64,000 bases of DNA. Origin: Eukaryota sp. TZLM1-RC. Taxonomy: Eukaryota > Protista > Metamonada: BaSk clade. The stretch spans positions 868,001 through 932,000 of the forward strand of contig JAUPSS010000009.1 in assembly GCA_040285825.1 (NCBI GenBank). Direction: 5' to 3'. Position 1 is the stretch's first letter. Every line of letters begins with the position of its first letter. A program made the position numbers and the translations under genes. The notes under the pieces were generated by a model. The model did no database searches, was not told the origin of the DNA, and worked only from the letters and a program-made list of their open reading frames with translations. This document shows positions 59,271-64,000 of the stretch, piece after piece.

Positions 59271-62221
59271 CTATGAGATTTACACATACAATATAACTGG
59301 TCTCTTACAGCATCATGAACCTTGCTTCTAAAAGTAATAAAATGTTTACAATTTAACAAATGAGTAGTTGTAATTTCTCGAGAACATTTACAAATTAAAT
59401 TATGAGGTAAATTATCAGGCCAGATAAAGGACCGAAATCTCATATTCAGAGTCCAAGCAGAATCGGATAAGAGAGTACCATAAACTTGTGGAATTGTTGT
59501 TACTAAGGCAGAAGAAGTACTGTCACACATATCTTGTAAAAGATTTGCAAAAGCGGGATTCTTTTTCTTGGCCAAGCCAAGTCTAACATCAAAATCCAAG
59601 CTTTCAAAAATCTTTGACAATTTTTGTTGAAGCTTTTTTACAGCAAAACTGTAAATTAAATAGAGATCGGTTTGGAATTTCTTGAATTGATTGAGGAAAA
59701 CATTTGGTCCAAATTTGTGGCGGTAATTTTTTTCAAGTTCACAAGATAACTCATACAAATAGGGACTACAATTGGGGACTAACAGATGAGAATCATCAGG
59801 AAATCTACGAGAAAATTCATAAATAAAATTTTTGCCACCACCCAAGAATGCTGATTGACACAAAATTGAAGATTTAGTAAAAACCAATACCACCCAAATT
59901 GGCTGAAGAAAAATAAATGGCTTTTCAACATTCCTGGTTCTACATCCAATAAATCAGCAAAAAAATTCTGTTCTCAATGAATTGAATGAACGACAAAAAA
60001 ATCTAATGCTATGGAAGGAGCACAAGATCTCAAAATGTGGGTTATTCTCCCAGTGTAGCAAATTTTAAGCATGAAAAAAATTTAATATGCTTTTCTATAT
60101 CTAAAGAAGAAATTGAATCAAGTTCAATTTTCATTTTTTCCAAAATAACTTGCAATTCATTCTGAATTTGAGGCACATTTCTAACCAACAACCAAGGAAC
60201 TTAAAAAAACATCACTACTATAATTAGTAAAAGGGACAATAGAATCGTTTATCACGAGGTCTTGAGCAGAAGAGCCAATCAGAAGGCATTTGCTGGCATT
60301 AAGATGAAGCCCAATATTTTCATATGAATCGGCAATTTCTTGAGCAACCAATTCTAGTAAATCAAATGAACCAATCAAGGATATATCATCCATATAAGCA
60401 ACTATTTTTTTATAGAAGGGTATTTTTTTGCTTAATGATATTTAAAGTTTTGTGAATAGCTAAACAAAACAATAATGGGCCTACAGGATCTCCCTGCTTC
60501 ACTCCAGAAGATGATTTAAGACCAAATGAATTAAAAATTAAATCTGATTCTTTCCCATAAAAATGGTAGAAAAAAACTCGATAGCTCAGGAAAATCAGAT
60601 TTAATAACTTCAAAAATTGCTTCTCGCTTTACAGAATTAAAAGCATTTTTAAAGTCGAGATTAAAAATAAAATTATTTTCCTCTGCATTAAAAAAGGTAT
60701 CAGAGGCAATAGCAGCAACAGAAGCACCATCAATTGTTTTGATTCCAAATTGATGAGGATTCAAAAATGTAGAAGCTTTGTCTTTGACACGATCGAAGAC
60801 AATTGATGCTAGCAAACGAGAAAGAGATTCACCAACAGCAATTGGGCGTATTCCATCAGGTTTGATTCCGTTTTCAGGCTTTACTAACGCAATCAGACGT
60901 GCTGCGAGTAATTCAAATGGAGGATTAATTTTCAAAACAATTAATTGTTGAAAATAATGGGCTAGATCATCAGCAATTTCGGGAGCACTGGAACACGCTA
61001 TTTTTAACAGATCAAAAGAAACTTCAGATGGGCCTGCTGCTTTCCCCTTTGGCAATTTTTGAATAGCTTTAAGAACTTCAATTGCAGTAATAGGATTTTC
61101 AATCCAAAAAGGACACACTTCAGGCTTGCTGCACTTGAAATTTTCTTGAGGATGCAACTTTTGAAGTTTTTCAAGGGTATCAGAGTTTGCATCAGCCAAA
61201 GAAGAGGAAAACAAAGACTGCTTTGCGGCACCATAACGACCACGTAAGCACAATTTTCGGCAAATTTTTGATTTTACAATTTTTCTATTTCCAAATTTTT
61301 TCTTAAAACAATTTTTGTTTTTTCTAGCAAAAATATTTCCAGAAGGATGAAAGATTCGACTTATTATTTTTTTCAATTCAGAAGTAAAATTTCTCATTTC
61401 CATTGAGAAGGGGATTGTGCTGGCGGGACTTATTTCTACTGGGATCCGGATCGGGGTCTTACGGTATCAACGGCTTTACAATTCGTACAAAACAGAAGTT
61501 TTTCGACCATTTCGTGAATCTGCAACATCCTTTTTGCAAAATGGACAACAAAAAAATCACTGTTTTTCAGAAGGGGAAGAAGAGGGAACACTAAAAGCAT
61601 TTAACTGTTGATCGTCAGAAACATTATTTTTCAGCACCTTTCACAACGGCAACAGCTGGAACAGAACATTTGAGAATTTGTTGAGCAGATTTTTAATTCA
61701 AATTCTCTTTTTTTGTTTTTCAGGGCACGTTCTCGAATTATGACCACTGATACCACAAATCGAACATTTTTTAGAACCTTTTAATGGCAGTGGTTTCATT
61801 TTTTCAGTTCTTTCAATTTTGTCAATTTGTGAGTTAAAAGTAGAAAGAGACTTTTGACTTTTTGCAGTTTCAGCTGGAGAAAACAAATTTCGAGAAACGG
61901 AGTTGTTAATAGAACGCGCAACAGAACGCAAGGAACGTAATGGTGGTTTTTCTGTGTTTTTTCTGGTACAATGATCAGTTTTTGAATGAAAATTTTTTTG
62001 AGATGAATTTCGAGCATAGCTTGTATTGTGGGGAGAGTGGGGAAGTGGAGAGGATGAGCTTGATCTGACTGGTAGAATCTTTGCTTGGGCGTTCCAATCA
62101 GTATCAGAGTCACTATCAGCCAAAGGCATCGTTTTGACAGAGAAACAGTACGACTTTGACGCCTTGACAGAAAGTGAAATATGAAAGGGTTGACTAAAGG
62201 AGGGAGAAAAAAAAAGGGAGG

Positions 62222-63150
62222 GCGAACATGTTTCAATTCTTTTAAAGGATTTGCATACTTTTTCCGTTTGTACAATTCGGAGTCATCAAGGGGGGATACT
62301 TCGGATTGAGCATTTTTCAAGGCATTTTTCTTGCAAACATCCACTGTTACGACATCAACAACATTCATGACATCATCAAACGAGGGCACAACAACATCAG
62401 CACGTCGTTTTCCATATTCTGAATCTCTTACGCTTTCATTTATATCAAGAGACCTCAACAAAGGTTCTACAAAAGATTCAATATGATAGGAATTACACAT
62501 TGCATGGATTTGATCTCTGACTGCATCATGCAACGTAGAACGATAGGAAATATATCTATTACAATTAAATAAATGTGATAATGTCAAACCAGCTCCACAT
62601 TTACAAAACAAATCATTGGGCAAATTACAAGGCCATAAATAACAACGCATTCTCATAGCAGTGGTCCATTGGTCGTCATTCAAAAATAGACCATAAATCT
62701 GGGGAATTTGATTTATCAAAACTGCAGATGAACTGTCCTTCAAATTAATCAAAAAAATTGGCAAAAAGCAGGATTTTCTTTCTTAGCCGTGCTAAGTCGA
62801 ACAATGAAATCCTTGTTTTCAAAATTTTTCAAAAGATGTCGTTGGAGCTTTTTTTCAACGCAAATTTTAATGAATATAAACTTCTGTCTGGAATTTCTTG
62901 AATGGATATGGGGAAACATGATTGCCATAAGTCGGGAGATAAACTGGATATTTCTTCTCTTAAGTTATCCAGGAATAGGCTATTTGTATTTTTCAAGAAG
63001 ATTTTCGGCAAAGGATATCTTCTAGAGAATTCAAATACAAAAATTTTTTTCCACCACCAATAAAATGCAGCTTTGGTCAAATATTTTGATGAATTGAATC
63101 CAACACCGCCAAGTTGAACATCAGAAAAAAATATGATTTTTTTCAAAAAT
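62222..63150 (-). mobile_element. Family B CRE-like retrotransposon fragment abutting the 5' end of family A
   Basis: CKCGAGLTLSHLFNC, HDAVRDQ, KRRADVVVPSFDD, KRKKY. ORF 61796-62764 in the track is a chimera across the junction. Confidence 0.88.
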
Positions 63151-63348
63151 TATCGTGTTTACTGGCAAAACAGGATTGTATTTTCTATTTTTTTAAGGGA
63201 ATGGTGAAACTGATTTCTGATTCACTTTCTTCTTTTGGGAAATTTTCTGAATCTTTAGCAATTAATTGTTTTGATGTAGGGGAGGCAGGTTTTGAGGATG
63301 TAGAGTTTTTAATTGTGTATTTCATATTTGTTGTTGAATAAAAAAATA
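63150..63348 (+). mobile_element. Family E 3'-end fragment with A-tail
   Basis: YWQNRIVFSIFKGMVKLISDSL..FDVGEAGFEDVEF; AATAAAAAAA. Confidence 0.75.
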
Positions 63349-63482
63349 AGGATGATGTAAAAAACTGATAACATCATCCTTTGAAACATCAATTTGGAGA
63401 CAAATTAGTTCTCTTCTCACAAGCATTTTGTTTATTGTTCAATTTGACTTGACCATCAGCAGATGTTCGCATTTCTCTTCTC

Positions 63483-63719
63483 ATGAAAAGCTTGCTGTCG
63501 CCTTTAAACCGCTCTTGGAGCTTCTCAGACGGCCGCTTAGTAATGGAAATAGAAAGTTTGTGATCTCTTTACTGAAGGTTTGGTTAGTTGTTCTTGAGAT
63601 AGAATTCTCATTCTTCTTATTGGATGTTGTTGCTGGTTCAAACAATCGTATGTGTGATGAAAAGCTTGCTGTCGCCTTTAAAACGCTCTTGGAGCATCTC
63701 AGACGGCCGCTTAGTAATG
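63483..63719. repeat. Two ~63-bp direct repeats, 174 bp apart
   Basis: atgaaaagcttgctgtcgcctttaaa.cgctcttggagc.tctcagacggccgcttagtaatg at 63483 and 63657. Confidence 0.8.
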
Positions 63720-63864
63720 TCAATCATGTACTTTTTTGCTTTGTGCTGGTTGTTCAGTGTCTTTTTGGAGTATTGACTACTAGTAGTGGAGTAGTTGGAT
63801 GAGGAATTTCTGAATTGTCGTAGTATTTAGCTCATTTAATAATAAAAGTATTTTAAGGTAAAAA

Positions 63865-64000
63865 AAATTGTGCCAGAAATTGAAGTTCAATTCTTTTCCT
63901 GCTCTTTTTTTTATTAAACTTCTGAAACCTTCAAGAAATTTAATGCCAGATATTCCAATGTTACCAAAAAGAGAAACAGCAAATGGAACCAACTGATACT
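63865..64000 (-). mobile_element. Endonuclease-region fragment of another CRE-like family (H), running off the window
   Basis: YQLVPFAVSLFGNIG..GIKFLEGFRSLIKKRAGKELNFNFWHN, homologous to family F FVPFAISLFGNIG. Confidence 0.7.

Larger units (their letters stand above)
51298..62221 (-). mobile_element. Full-length family A CRE-like retrotransposon (~3.5 kb) split by the Gypsy insertion
   Basis: Pyrimidine-rich 5' end near 62221, ATG 62129, CSICGISGHNSRTC knuckle, RT (DGIRPIAVGE, YMDD), RLE split at the CTAT TSD (59271 / 51867), stop 51329, A-tail near 51298. Confidence 0.9.

Noticed and set aside
61796-62764. 322-aa ORF as one gene
   Set aside because: It reads across the junction of a family B fragment and the 5' UTR of family A; a chimeric artefact.
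1-64000. Alternative genetic code or prokaryotic origin
   Set aside because: TAA, TAG and TGA all terminate credible genes, long ORFs read in the standard code, and the intron, GAR-domain fibrillarin and TE content indicate a eukaryote.

Overview
AT-rich eukaryotic genomic DNA, probably from a protist: it has a 34-nt GT-AG intron, AATAAA signals and no operons. The first ~36 kb hold a few host genes: a >672-aa ORF running off the left edge that the ORF track misses, a membrane-anchored GDPD, an RCC1+LRR protein, two tandem secreted 10-Cys saposin-like peptides and fibrillarin. These sit among decayed DNA transposons (hAT, MULE, Tc1/IS630, a 129-bp MITE), a Ulp1-like remnant, a Crinkler-like remnant and fragments of RLE-type non-LTR retrotransposons. 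From ~37.4 kb to the end the window is a nested cluster of at least six families (my labels A-H) of CRE-like RT + restriction-like-endonuclease (RLE) retrotransposons. The cluster starts in a 462-bp tandem repeat that two different families interrupt at two different points, each with a readable target-site duplication (TSD); one of those points also occurs as an empty site. The most unusual element is family D (~3.5 kb), with an apparently intact RNase H domain N-terminal to zinc fingers, RT and RLE, inserted with a 12-bp TSD on an AG|GTGAGT splice-donor-like motif of the repeat. A young Ty3/Gypsy element (identical 154-bp LTRs, 4-bp TSD, chromodomain-like tail) lies inside a full-length family A copy. 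Many frameshifts fall in homopolymer runs and may be assembly errors. All family and domain calls come from reading motifs by eye; no database search was run.
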